Part shown: in pieces, positions 26,058-35,202 of the stretch
Position numbering within the stretch: the first letter of the stretch is position 1
How the letters are laid out: each line of letters opens with the position of its first letter
Source: an uncultured Desulfarculus sp.
GTDB taxonomy: Bacteria; Desulfobacterota; Desulfarculia; Desulfarculales; Desulfarculaceae
Direction of reading: 5' to 3'
Assembly (NCBI GenBank): GCA_963665125.2
Contig: CAXXUK010000001.1
Coordinates: 1,312,001 to 1,376,000 of the forward strand
Length of the DNA stretch: 64,000 nt
Notes under the pieces: generated by a model
The model's database searches: none
What the model was told of the DNA's origin: nothing
What the model saw: only the letters and a program-made list of their open reading frames with translations
Translations under genes and position numbers: made by a program

Positions 26058-27638
26058 ATGGGTCAGTATTCCAACAGCAAAGTCATCTGGAAGGTTTTGG
26101 ACGAACAGGCAACCAAACAGCCCGGTTCGATTTTTTTCTATATCGGTGACAACCAGATCACCTATGGCCAGGTAAACGAGATAACCGACCACGTGGCTTG
26201 CGGCCTGCTCAACATGGGCATCAAGCGCGGCGACCGCATCGCCGTCAACGGCCTCAACACCCCTGATTGGCTATTTGCCTATTTCGGCGCGGCAAAGATC
26301 GGCGCCTGCATCGTGGGCCTCAACGTGCGCTACCGCGACAGCGAATTGGAGTACATACTCAACCAGAGCCAAACCGAGACAGTGATAACCTTGCCTGGGC
26401 TGCCCGATTTCAACTACGTCGACTTTTTCCAGGGCTTCAAACCAAAGATTCCAACCGTTAAAAATTTCATGTTTTTCGGATCGGACGGTTTTGACGGGGC
26501 CTTAAATTTCAACACATTGGTCCAGGCCCCCATCGACACCGAGGCTTTGGCCAGGGCCAAGGCCTCGGTCCAGCCCGACGACTTGATTATGATCATCTAC
26601 ACCTCCGGCACCACCGGCCAACCCAAGGGAGCGGCAATCACCAACGCCAGCCAGTTGGCTTCGGCCCTGGGCGAGGCGGAACACTGCCAAATACGGACCG
26701 ATGACGTGTTTTTGGGCGCCCTGCCCTTTAACCACGTCGGCGGCATCACCTGCTGCCTGCTCACCAGCCTGTTGGCCGGGGCCGCCGTATTGCTGATCCC
26801 CGCGCCGGATCTGGAGATGATCATCAAGCAGTCCGCCCGGTATGGTCTAACAGTCGTGGGCGGCGTGCCAACCCTGCACACCCTGCTGCTGATGACCCCG
26901 GCCATCAAGGATTGGGACAAGTCCAAAGTCCGCCTTGTGATCACCGGAGGCTCAAACGCCGAACCGGAATTGCTGACCAACCTCACCAAAAACTACCCCA
27001 ACGCCACGGTGATGAACCTCTATGGCCTCAGCGAGTCGTCCGGGGCCGTGGTTCTGAGCCCCTGGGACAGCGGCTTTGAGCGTTTGCTCAAATCAATCGG
27101 CACACCCGTGGGCGACGCCGTGGTCAAGATCATGAACGAAGACGGCCAGGAACTCCCCACCGGGGAAACCGGCGAATTGTACTTCAACGCCGGAGCGGTT
27201 TGCGGCAGCTACTTCCTCATGCCCGACGCCAGCAATGAAGCCTTCCTCGAGGGCGGCTGGCTCAAGACCGGCGACATGGGCTATGTGGATGAAAACGGCT
27301 ATATCTACTTGATGGGCCGCAAAAAAGAGATGTACTTGCAGGGCGGGTTCAATGTCTACCCGGTGGAGGTAGAAAACCTGCTGACCAAGCACCCCAAGGT
27401 GTCCATGGCCGCGGGCATCGGCGTGCCCGATCCGGTGCTGGGCGAGATCGGCCGTTACTATATCGTGCCCATGCCCGGCGAGGACCCCACCGAGGATGAA
27501 ATCAAGGCTTTCTGCGGCAAGCACTTGGCCGACTACAAGGTTCCTCGGCAGATCATCTTCCGGGAGGCCCTGCCCATGACGCCGGTGGGCAAGATCATGA
27601 AGTCCACCCTCAAGGCGGAGTACGAGGCCGAGCGATAA
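26058..27638 (+). CDS. AMP-forming acyl-CoA synthetase
   Basis: 'YTSGTTGQPKG', 'YGLSE', 'GWLKTGDMG', 'GGFNVYPVEVE', 'YKVPR', 'VGKI'. Confidence 0.93.
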   Translation: MGQYSNSKVIWKVLDEQATKQPGSIFFYIGDNQITYGQVNEITDHVACGLLNMGIKRGDRIAVNGLNTPDWLFAYFGAAKIGACIVGLNVRYRDSELEYILNQSQTETVITLPGLPDFNYVDFFQGFKPKIPTVKNFMFFGSDGFDGALNFNTLVQAPIDTEALARAKASVQPDDLIMIIYTSGTTGQPKGAAITNASQLASALGEAEHCQIRTDDVFLGALPFNHVGGITCCLLTSLLAGAAVLLIPAPDLEMIIKQSARYGLTVVGGVPTLHTLLLMTPAIKDWDKSKVRLVITGGSNAEPELLTNLTKNYPNATVMNLYGLSESSGAVVLSPWDSGFERLLKSIGTPVGDAVVKIMNEDGQELPTGETGELYFNAGAVCGSYFLMPDASNEAFLEGGWLKTGDMGYVDENGYIYLMGRKKEMYLQGGFNVYPVEVENLLTKHPKVSMAAGIGVPDPVLGEIGRYYIVPMPGEDPTEDEIKAFCGKHLADYKVPRQIIFREALPMTPVGKIMKSTLKAEYEAER

Positions 27639-27665
27639 ACCGCCATCGGCGATCCGATCAATACG

Positions 27666-27696
27666 GGCCGGGGGCGGCAGCGCCTCCGGCCTTTTT
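27666..27696 (+). terminator. intrinsic terminator
   Basis: GGCCGGGGGCG-gcag-CGCCTCCGGCC followed by TTTTT. Confidence 0.7.
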
Positions 27697-27716
27697 ACAC
27701 GCTCCATTTGAACCGA

Positions 27717-27745
27717 TTGACTACACAAATCCGGTGTAATACATT
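27717..27745 (+). promoter_or_regulatory. candidate sigma70 promoter
   Basis: TTGACT-17 nt-TACATT upstream of ORF 27803. Confidence 0.5.
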
Positions 27746-27802
27746 GCCAAGAAGCATAGGAGCGTTTCAATCAATACTGTACGTTTTTCCGGGAGATTAG
27801 CC

Positions 27803-28315
27803 ATGAAGTTGCCTTGGGTTTTACCGCTTGCCGCGTTTATGGTCTCACTGGTGTTCTTGGCTGGTCCGGCTTTCGCCGATGACCAAGGCGACCTGAAGAC
27901 TCAGATTCAGCAATTGTTCGATCAGGTGGCCGCCGATTTCCAGAAGGGAGACCTCAAGGCCGTGCTGTCGGCCAGCGCCCCGAACGCCGTGATCGTATAT
28001 AAGAACGGTCAAACCATTGATATGGTCCAATGGGAAAAGGCCGTCGAAAAGGATGTAGCCGACTGGCAGAACGACCAGACCAAATACGTGGTGGAAAAGG
28101 CCTGGCCCATTGGAGAGGATCAGGCGGGCGCGGTCTACAGCGAAAGCCATGAATTCACCCGGTCCAGCGATCCCGGCCACAAGTACGCCATCCTGGCCCA
28201 ATTCCAGGCTAAACTGACCAAGACAGCCCAAGGCTGGCGTTTCCTGGAATTCCAGGAGATTAGCATCCAGACAACCAAGGACGGACAGCCGCTGTCCCCG
28301 GAGCCGGCCAAGTAA
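27803..28315 (+). CDS. exported NTF2/SnoaL-like (DUF4440-type) protein
   Basis: Signal peptide ending AFA; 'FQKGDLKAVLS..APNAVIV' and 'KTAQGWRF' typical of the NTF2 fold; GGGAG RBS. Confidence 0.7.
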   Translation: MKLPWVLPLAAFMVSLVFLAGPAFADDQGDLKTQIQQLFDQVAADFQKGDLKAVLSASAPNAVIVYKNGQTIDMVQWEKAVEKDVADWQNDQTKYVVEKAWPIGEDQAGAVYSESHEFTRSSDPGHKYAILAQFQAKLTKTAQGWRFLEFQEISIQTTKDGQPLSPEPAK

Positions 28316-28325
28316 GCCGTTGAAC

Positions 28326-28376
28326 CATGAAAAATTCAGGGCTGGAGGTAGTTTGGCCTCCAGCCCTTTTTTATGG
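28326..28376. terminator. bidirectional terminator between convergent genes
   Basis: AAAAA...AGGGCTGGAGG-8 nt-CCTCCAGCCCT-TTTTT. Confidence 0.8.
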
Positions 28377-29789
28377 CTAGATCTTGCGGGGCATGCCGTG
28401 CTCGAAGAAGTGGCCGACGTCCTGCAGGTAGCGCAGCTTGGCCGCCTTCATCAGGCCTGAGGTGGATACCGCGCCGACAAAGCGCGACAGATAGGCCGGG
28501 GTCAAGAACGGCGTCTTCATGCCCAGGCGGTTGCCGATTATCAGGTTCAGTTCGCTGGTGGTGGTGAAGCACTTGTCGATGTGGTGAACCTTCTTGGCGT
28601 TGACCACTTCCGCCTTGGAGCAGCTTCCGATCATGAAGACCTCTTCGCCCCTGGCGTCGATGGTCTCGCCGTTGGAGCCGATTACCAGCACGGCGGGCTT
28701 GCAGGTCTTGAACACCTCGGGCCCGCCCGACTCCTCGAAAAAGCTCAGGAACATCTTCAGGGCCATGATGCAGCCGTATTTACAGCGGCTCTGGTTGTCG
28801 TGACGCGAGGCCCCCCAATAGAAGCGCAGGGGCGACTCGAGCCGCGTCAGTTCCTTGTGGATGTCCTGCCATTTGTAGTACTCGTCGTCATAGGGCAGGA
28901 TCCGCTTGGCCTGTTCGTCCAATTCTTCCAGGCTGGTGATGTCACCGGCCAGGGTTACTTCATCCAGGCAGGTCGGCGTATAGCCCCGTTCCACGGCCCG
29001 TTGCAGGTATGGCACGTCCTCGATGTTGTAGCCCAGCAGCCGCGCCCCTACCAGGTCCACGGCAACGGGATTGACGCCCATGATGATCACGCCCAGTTTG
29101 CGGGCCACGGGGATGGCCTCGTTGGCCACGCCGATGTTTATGGCGTCCATGAAGATGAAATCAGGATAGCCCACGGTCAGCAGATCGACGATCTTGTCGA
29201 TGAGCATGAAGTCGTGCTTGATAGCCCGCTCGTCATCTGAGCAGATGCCGATGTTTAGCTTTACCGCGCCGGTGATGTTGGTGATGTTGTGGCACTTGAG
29301 CTTGGGCAGATAGACCTTGCTATCGGCCCGGGCCATCTTGCGCGCCACCCGCAGGGTGTCGTGAACCACGCCGCCCACGAACATCTTGTCCCGGCGTTCT
29401 TCGTCGATGCAGAAGATGCCCACCTTTTTGCCCGTGTCGGAGCGCACCTTCTTGACCACGTCGTAGTATCCGGCGTTCTTGAAATTGAGCCGGGTGGGTA
29501 CGCCGATGCCCGTGTTTTCGCCCATGTCCACCCGGTCCACTCCTGGGCTGGTGGCCAGTGTGGCCAGGGTCGATTCGATCACGGCCCGATTGGTATAGGC
29601 CGTATCGCCGTACTTGTCGTCTTTAAAGGCAAAGACTACGTTGGGCTTCACATATACCTTGCCTTTGGGCTCGTAGCCGTAGAACTGCATGCCCTGTTTC
29701 ATGATCTCCGACAGGGCCTTGGGGTCGTATTCCTCGCAACGGCGGATTAGCACCGTGTTGTTTAGAGAATCAGCCATTATTGCTCCCAT
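28377..29789 (-). CDS. DUF362-domain protein (start may be ATG 29777)
   Basis: 'KVYVKPNVV', 'YLPKLKCH...ITGAVKLNIG', 'PDFIFMDAI', 'NPVAVDLVGARLLG' match the DUF362 pattern; C-terminal Cys residues. Confidence 0.8.
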   Translation of the reverse strand: MGAIMADSLNNTVLIRRCEEYDPKALSEIMKQGMQFYGYEPKGKVYVKPNVVFAFKDDKYGDTAYTNRAVIESTLATLATSPGVDRVDMGENTGIGVPTRLNFKNAGYYDVVKKVRSDTGKKVGIFCIDEERRDKMFVGGVVHDTLRVARKMARADSKVYLPKLKCHNITNITGAVKLNIGICSDDERAIKHDFMLIDKIVDLLTVGYPDFIFMDAINIGVANEAIPVARKLGVIIMGVNPVAVDLVGARLLGYNIEDVPYLQRAVERGYTPTCLDEVTLAGDITSLEELDEQAKRILPYDDEYYKWQDIHKELTRLESPLRFYWGASRHDNQSRCKYGCIMALKMFLSFFEESGGPEVFKTCKPAVLVIGSNGETIDARGEEVFMIGSCSKAEVVNAKKVHHIDKCFTTTSELNLIIGNRLGMKTPFLTPAYLSRFVGAVSTSGLMKAAKLRYLQDVGHFFEHGMPRKI

Positions 29790-29847
29790 TTTGCGTATCG
29801 GGCGTTGGTGCTTGTGCCGCGCTGGGGAAACAATGCCCTGCTGATTG

Positions 29848-31347
29848 TTATTCTGGCACCACCAGGTCGTACCAATACCGCTGGGCCCTGGTGTGGCCCA
29901 GGTCCACCTGGATGCTCTTGACCTCGGTGTATTCGTTCATAAAGCCGTCCAGGCCCCGCTCCCGGCCGATGCCGCTTTGCTTGCATCCGCCATAGGGCAG
30001 ATCCAGGCTCATCAGGTGGGTCTCGTTGATCCAGACATTGCCCACCCGCAGCTTTTCGCCCAGGTCGATGGCCCGCTCCACGTTGGGCGACCATACCGCG
30101 CCCATGAGCCCGAAGTCGCTGTCATTGGCGATTGCCAGGGCATCTTCGTCGCTGGAATATTTGATCACGCACAACACCGGGCCGAAGATCTCTTCCCTGG
30201 CTATGCGCATGGAGTTGTCCACATCGGCGAACACGGTGGGCTCCAGGTACCAGCCCTTGTCAAATCCGGCGGGTCTGCCGCCGCCGCAGACCAGGCGCGC
30301 GCCCTCCTGTTGGCCGATGGCGATGTATTTTTCCACCGTGGCCCGGTGGGCCTCGGAGACCAGGGGCCCCATCTGGGTGTCGAACGCCGCAGGGTCGCCC
30401 ACCCTGATCCGGCCGGTCTTGGCCGCGATCTTTTCCACGAACTCGTCATACATCGATTCATGGACCAGGGCCCGGGAAGGTGTGTAGCAGATCTGGCCCG
30501 CGTTGAAGAAACAGCCCCACATGGCCGCATCCACGGCAAGGTCGATATCCACGTCATCCAGGAAGATATTGGCCGACTTGCCGCCAAGCTCCATGGTGGC
30601 GTTCTTGATGGTGTCGGCGGCCAAATGCAGCACCCGCTTGCCCACTTCGTTTGACCCGGTGAAGGTGACCTTGTCCACCAGGGGATGGGAGGCCAGCAGC
30701 TCGCCCACAACGGGCCCGCTGCCTGTCACCAGGTTGACCACGCCCGGCGGGATGTCCGAGGCATCCACCAGCTTCATCACCTCCAGCATGGTGCAAGGGG
30801 TGAGCGTGGCCGGTTTGATCACCACCGCGTTGCCCGCTGCCAGGGGCGCGGCCAGGCTCCCGATACCCTGGACCAGGGGTGCGTTCCAGGGCACGATCTG
30901 GGAGCACACGCCGATGGGGTCGCGCTTGATATAGGGCAACGCCGCCGCCGGAGCCCTGAACATGGGCATGGGCTGTTCAAAGGAACGCGCCGCGGCCTTG
31001 GCGAACCAGTCCAGGCGGTTCTGGGCCGTGCCGGCGAAGACCATGGTGGCCAGGGCTATGGGCGCGCCCAGGTTCTGGCTCTCCAGTTCGCCCAGTTCGG
31101 CCACGACCTCCTGATATTTGGCCAGCAGGTCCGACAGGATCTTGGAGCGCTGGGCAGGGTCCAGGCCGCTCCACACGCCCGAGTCATGGGCCCGGCGGGC
31201 CGCCTCGATGGCCCGCACCGTATCGGCCGCGGTGGCCATGGGCACGGTGGCGATGACCTCCTCGGTGGCCGGATTGATCACATGGCTGGTGCGGCCGTCC
31301 GAGGAATCGCACCACTGGCCGTCGATGTACATCTGGTATTCGGTCAT
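29848..31347 (-). CDS. NAD(P)-dependent aldehyde dehydrogenase
   Basis: 'IVPWNAP', 'FTGS', catalytic Glu 'MELGGKS', catalytic Cys 'NAGQIC', 'EEIFGPV'. Confidence 0.95.
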   Translation of the reverse strand: MTEYQMYIDGQWCDSSDGRTSHVINPATEEVIATVPMATAADTVRAIEAARRAHDSGVWSGLDPAQRSKILSDLLAKYQEVVAELGELESQNLGAPIALATMVFAGTAQNRLDWFAKAAARSFEQPMPMFRAPAAALPYIKRDPIGVCSQIVPWNAPLVQGIGSLAAPLAAGNAVVIKPATLTPCTMLEVMKLVDASDIPPGVVNLVTGSGPVVGELLASHPLVDKVTFTGSNEVGKRVLHLAADTIKNATMELGGKSANIFLDDVDIDLAVDAAMWGCFFNAGQICYTPSRALVHESMYDEFVEKIAAKTGRIRVGDPAAFDTQMGPLVSEAHRATVEKYIAIGQQEGARLVCGGGRPAGFDKGWYLEPTVFADVDNSMRIAREEIFGPVLCVIKYSSDEDALAIANDSDFGLMGAVWSPNVERAIDLGEKLRVGNVWINETHLMSLDLPYGGCKQSGIGRERGLDGFMNEYTEVKSIQVDLGHTRAQRYWYDLVVPE

Positions 31348-31359
31348 GGTCCCTCCCCC

Positions 31360-31794
31360 TTATTTACGCACTATCAGATCGGTGTAGCCCATTTCCTCCA
31401 GGGCTATCGGGAACATCTGGAACGCGGGTTTGACCACGGGCAGCAGCTTGAGCATGGCCGTGACCTTGCCGCCCTGGCGCACCTTGCCCTTGGCCACGCT
31501 GGCGATGGGGTTCTCATAGCCGTGCCAGAAACGGTGGGAGTGGTCGGCGCTCTGCTTTGACCACACGTCTTCCTTTACATCGCACTTGCCCAGGTAAAAT
31601 TTGCCGTAGGCCCCTTCCGGCGGCGGCGATTTCAGATCAATGGTGATCTCGGCGTCCGGGTCGGTGTAGATGAACTTGATCACGATTCCGGCCTTGGCCA
31701 TTTTGCTGCCAATGCGGTCATCTTCGAGAACGCGCTTAAGAAAATAGCCGTAGATTTCGTATAATTGATCTACATCCTTATAATATTGGCTCAT
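31360..31794 (-). CDS. SCP2 sterol/lipid-binding-like protein
   Basis: 'YTDPDAEITID', 'AD.SHRFW.G..N...A.GKV...G.V..MLKL.P' resemble stand-alone SCP2-like proteins. Confidence 0.65.
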   Translation of the reverse strand: MSQYYKDVDQLYEIYGYFLKRVLEDDRIGSKMAKAGIVIKFIYTDPDAEITIDLKSPPPEGAYGKFYLGKCDVKEDVWSKQSADHSHRFWHGYENPIASVAKGKVRQGGKVTAMLKLLPVVKPAFQMFPIALEEMGYTDLIVRK

Positions 31795-31831
31795 TCTTAC
31801 CCCTCGTATTTTGAAAGCTGTTTACGGCTGA

Positions 31832-32998
31832 TCAGCCGGATCTGCGTTGGTCAAAGCGGCGGCCGAACTGAAAACTGGCCAGGGTGATCTTGAGCATCTC
31901 CAGGGTGCCCCCGGCCACGGCCCAGGCCCGGCTGTCCCGGAGCATACGCTCCATGGGGAACTGCTTGGAGTAGCCGTAGCCGCCCAATATCTGCATGGCC
32001 TTGTCGGTGACTTCCTTGACCATTTCGTTGGCAAAGCACTTGGCCAGGGAGGCCTCGTAAATCGAAGGCAGGCCCTTGCCCGCGCCGCTGGCCGCCCGGT
32101 AGACCAACAGCCGCGCCGCGTCGAGCTTCATGGCCATTTCGGCTATTGGAAATTGGATGGCCTGGAACTCGCAGATGGGCCGTCCGAAAGCCTCGCGCTC
32201 CAGGGCGTAGTTGCGGGCGAACTCCAGAGCCCCGCCGGCCACGCCCAGGCACATGGCCGAATTGCCGCAACGCTCGATGTCAAAGGTCATCATCAGTTTC
32301 TTGAAATCGCCTTCGTGAATCACCAGGTCATCGGGGCCGACCTCCACCTCCTCGAAGATCAGATCGCACGAAGGCATGCCCCGCAGGCCCATGAATTCCT
32401 CCTGGGCCCCGAAGCTGAAGCCGGGGCGGCCCTTTTCAATCAATACGCCGCCGATGCCCTTGTAGCCCTGCGTATCGCCGAAGCGTACATAGACCAGATA
32501 GTGGCTGGCGTATCCCGCGCCGGTTATGAAACACTTGCGGCCGTTGAGTTTGTAGCCGCTGCCGCTTGGCGTCAGTTTGGTGCTCAGGCCGGTGAGGTCC
32601 GAGCCCGCTTCCGGTTCGGTCATGCATACGCTGACGCTGTTTTCGCCCCGGCACACGCCGGGCAAGACAGCCTGTTTCTGCTGGAGCGTGCCGAACATGT
32701 CGATGACCCGCACCGCGCCCACGCATGACTCGAAAACCGGCGAAGCGATCATGGGGCTGTATTTGGCCAGGGCCTCAATGGCCAATACGGCGTCAATGGA
32801 TTCCGCGCCCTGGCCGCCGTATTCTTCGGGCAGGGTCATGCCCAACAGGCCCAAATCCTTATATGTGTCCATCAGTTCGTGGGGAAACTCTCCCTTGGCG
32901 TCGATCTCGTTGGCCAGCTGGGCAAAGCCTTCCCGTTCGCCCATCTTGGCGATGGTGTCCAGGAGCATCCATTGTTCTTCGCTGAAGTTAAAATCCAT
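31832..32998 (-). CDS. acyl-CoA dehydrogenase
   Basis: 'LPEEYGG', 'MTEPEAGSD', 'LNGRKCFIT', 'REAFGRPI.EFQ', 'QILGGYGY', 'ERMLRD'. Confidence 0.95.
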   Translation of the reverse strand: MDFNFSEEQWMLLDTIAKMGEREGFAQLANEIDAKGEFPHELMDTYKDLGLLGMTLPEEYGGQGAESIDAVLAIEALAKYSPMIASPVFESCVGAVRVIDMFGTLQQKQAVLPGVCRGENSVSVCMTEPEAGSDLTGLSTKLTPSGSGYKLNGRKCFITGAGYASHYLVYVRFGDTQGYKGIGGVLIEKGRPGFSFGAQEEFMGLRGMPSCDLIFEEVEVGPDDLVIHEGDFKKLMMTFDIERCGNSAMCLGVAGGALEFARNYALEREAFGRPICEFQAIQFPIAEMAMKLDAARLLVYRAASGAGKGLPSIYEASLAKCFANEMVKEVTDKAMQILGGYGYSKQFPMERMLRDSRAWAVAGGTLEMLKITLASFQFGRRFDQRRSG

Positions 32999-33012
32999 GG
33001 GGTTTTCTTTCC

Positions 33013-34383
33013 TTAAACAGCCTTGGTCAGTAGGCTGATATCGCTGATGTTTTCCAATCCCAGCACCATGTCGATCATCTCGTTGATACGGGTGGCGTCA
33101 CGCGCTCCGGCAAAGGCGCGCACCTTGTCGCCCAGTTCCGGGGCCTTCAAAGGCGTGCGCGGGTCGCCCAGGGGCGTGTCCACCTGGCGGGTAAGCACGC
33201 CGCCGCCGTTCATGGTCACTTCCACCCGGCTGGAGGTCTTGTCCGGGTACACGGCGTTGAGCTGCTCGTCGGCCTGCACGCTGACCTTGGCGGCCAGGGC
33301 CTGCACGTCGGCGTCGGCCACCCGGCGCTCGGTTAGCTGGTCCGGGCCCAGTTTGCCGTCCAGCAGGCATACGGCAACGACATAGGGAATGGAGAATTGG
33401 GCCGAAACAAACGAAGAGCTTTGATCAATGCCTTTGCCCACGGCCAGTTCGGCTATGCCGTATGTCTTAACGCTTACCGACTCGATCCGGGCCGGGTCCA
33501 GGCCCTCGTCGAGCACAAGCTCCAGGGAGGCCTGGGCCGCTCCGTGGGTGTGACGGCAGGCCGTGAACGGCTTGAAGTAGATGTCCATTATCGAGTAGTG
33601 ATCACCCAGACCGTTGGTCACGTGGTCCAGGTTGTGGCCGCCGCTTGAGGTCATCTTGCAGAAGCCGCCATCCAGGGCCGAGCCTTCCAGCACGTAAGGC
33701 ATGCCCGTGATGCCGCGCTTGGCCAGACCGGCGGCCATTATCCCGGCCTGGGCCGCTTGGCCACCCTGAACGATCTTGACGGTGAAGCCGCCCATCAGGT
33801 TTTCGGCCATGGAGATGGGGGCCATGTAGCCGGCGCCGCCCATGGCGCTGAGCATCTGCTCCAAATCGCAGCCCAAAAGCCGGGCAGCCGCCACGCCCGC
33901 ACCAAAGGTGCCGCAGGTGCCGGTGGGCAAAAAGCCAGAAAGCGTGGACCAGGGATGCACCGCCGCCGCCGCCCTGTCGGCCGCCTCATATCCGGCCACC
34001 ACGGCCTCGATTACGGCCTTGCCGTTTGCGCCGGTTTCCTCGGCAATGGCCAGTGCCGCCGGGATCACCGCCGTGCCGGGGTGGTTGCCGCCGAAGCGCA
34101 GGCCGTCCTGGGCCTCGATGGCCTCGGCCAGGGTGCCGTTGACAAACGCCGCGTGGTGGGCGTTGCTGGAGTAGCCACAACCAAGAACAGTGGCCTTGCC
34201 CTTGGCGTCGATGGTCTTAACGTATTCGGCCACCGCCTTGGCCGCGTCCAGTTCCAGCGAACCGTATACGTTGGCCACGAAATCCAGGATGCACAGCTTG
34301 GCTTTTTCGATGACTTCCGGCGGCATGCCGTCGTACTTCAGCCCATGGCAGAACTGCGCCAATTGCCTTGTCTGACTCATCAT
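33013..34383 (-). CDS. MmgE/PrpD-family protein
   Basis: 'AAFVNGT', 'NHPG..VIPAALA', 'AVVAGYE', 'YFKPFTACRHTH', 'AQFSIPY', 'P.GDPRTP'. Confidence 0.92.
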   Translation of the reverse strand: MMSQTRQLAQFCHGLKYDGMPPEVIEKAKLCILDFVANVYGSLELDAAKAVAEYVKTIDAKGKATVLGCGYSSNAHHAAFVNGTLAEAIEAQDGLRFGGNHPGTAVIPAALAIAEETGANGKAVIEAVVAGYEAADRAAAAVHPWSTLSGFLPTGTCGTFGAGVAAARLLGCDLEQMLSAMGGAGYMAPISMAENLMGGFTVKIVQGGQAAQAGIMAAGLAKRGITGMPYVLEGSALDGGFCKMTSSGGHNLDHVTNGLGDHYSIMDIYFKPFTACRHTHGAAQASLELVLDEGLDPARIESVSVKTYGIAELAVGKGIDQSSSFVSAQFSIPYVVAVCLLDGKLGPDQLTERRVADADVQALAAKVSVQADEQLNAVYPDKTSSRVEVTMNGGGVLTRQVDTPLGDPRTPLKAPELGDKVRAFAGARDATRINEMIDMVLGLENISDISLLTKAV

Positions 34384-34394
34384 CGCCCCCTTGG

Positions 34395-35189
34395 TTATAC
34401 GTAGCCGCGGTTGAGGTAGAGTTTGATCATGCCCAGCGGGTCCAGGACCTCGCGCAGGGCTTTGAGTTCCTCGGGCCGAGGCGTTTCGGTTTCGTGCACG
34501 TCGTCAGCCACCTTCAAGTCCCATGGCGTGGCCTCGACGATCTCCTCGATGGTATGTCCGGGGTGGTAGGAGGCCAGATAGGCCGCCTTGGTCTCGGGGT
34601 CAAAGCGCAGCAGGGCCTTGTTGGTGATTATGGCGCCGGGGCCGCTGCCCTGGGGCAGGCCCCACTTTTCCCGGGCGCCGGGGCCGTCGATGTAGCCCGG
34701 TGTGGTCAGGAAATCCACCTTTTCGGCCAGGCGGCGTTTGTCGTGCAGGGCGATGATCAGGGTCTTTTTGGCCAACGAGCCGATGGCGTTGGCCCCGCCG
34801 CTGCCCGGCAGGCGGGATTTTGGATTGTCGTAGTCGCCGATTGCCGTGGTGTTGATATTGCCGAATTTGTCGACCTGGCTGCCGGACAAAAAGCCCACAT
34901 CCACCAGGCCGCCTTGCAGGCACATGGCCATGATCTCCAACAGGCCGCCGACCATGGCCGCGCCGGGGTTGAGGCAGGGGTCGCCCACTGACAGGGCCGG
35001 CCGCTTGGGCTGGGCGTCGATTACGCCCGACTCCTGCATCAGAATCGCGTTTGGCGCGTGGGTCTGCTTGGCGATGCCCGCGCTCATGGTCGGAAAGCCC
35101 GTACCCACGATGACCACGTCGCCGTCCTTTATTTCCCTGGCCCCGCAGCAGGCCATGAGTTCCGGTTTGATATATTCAACGGATTGCAT
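34395..35189 (-). CDS. CoA-transferase beta subunit (glutaconate/3-oxoadipate CoA-transferase type)
   Basis: 'VGTGFP', catalytic-Glu motif 'MQESG', 'QVDKFGNINTT', 'RLPGSGGAN', 'VDFLTTPG'. Confidence 0.9.
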   Translation of the reverse strand: MQSVEYIKPELMACCGAREIKDGDVVIVGTGFPTMSAGIAKQTHAPNAILMQESGVIDAQPKRPALSVGDPCLNPGAAMVGGLLEIMAMCLQGGLVDVGFLSGSQVDKFGNINTTAIGDYDNPKSRLPGSGGANAIGSLAKKTLIIALHDKRRLAEKVDFLTTPGYIDGPGAREKWGLPQGSGPGAIITNKALLRFDPETKAAYLASYHPGHTIEEIVEATPWDLKVADDVHETETPRPEELKALREVLDPLGMIKLYLNRGYV

Positions 35190-35202
35190 GTCTCATCCCC
35201 CG

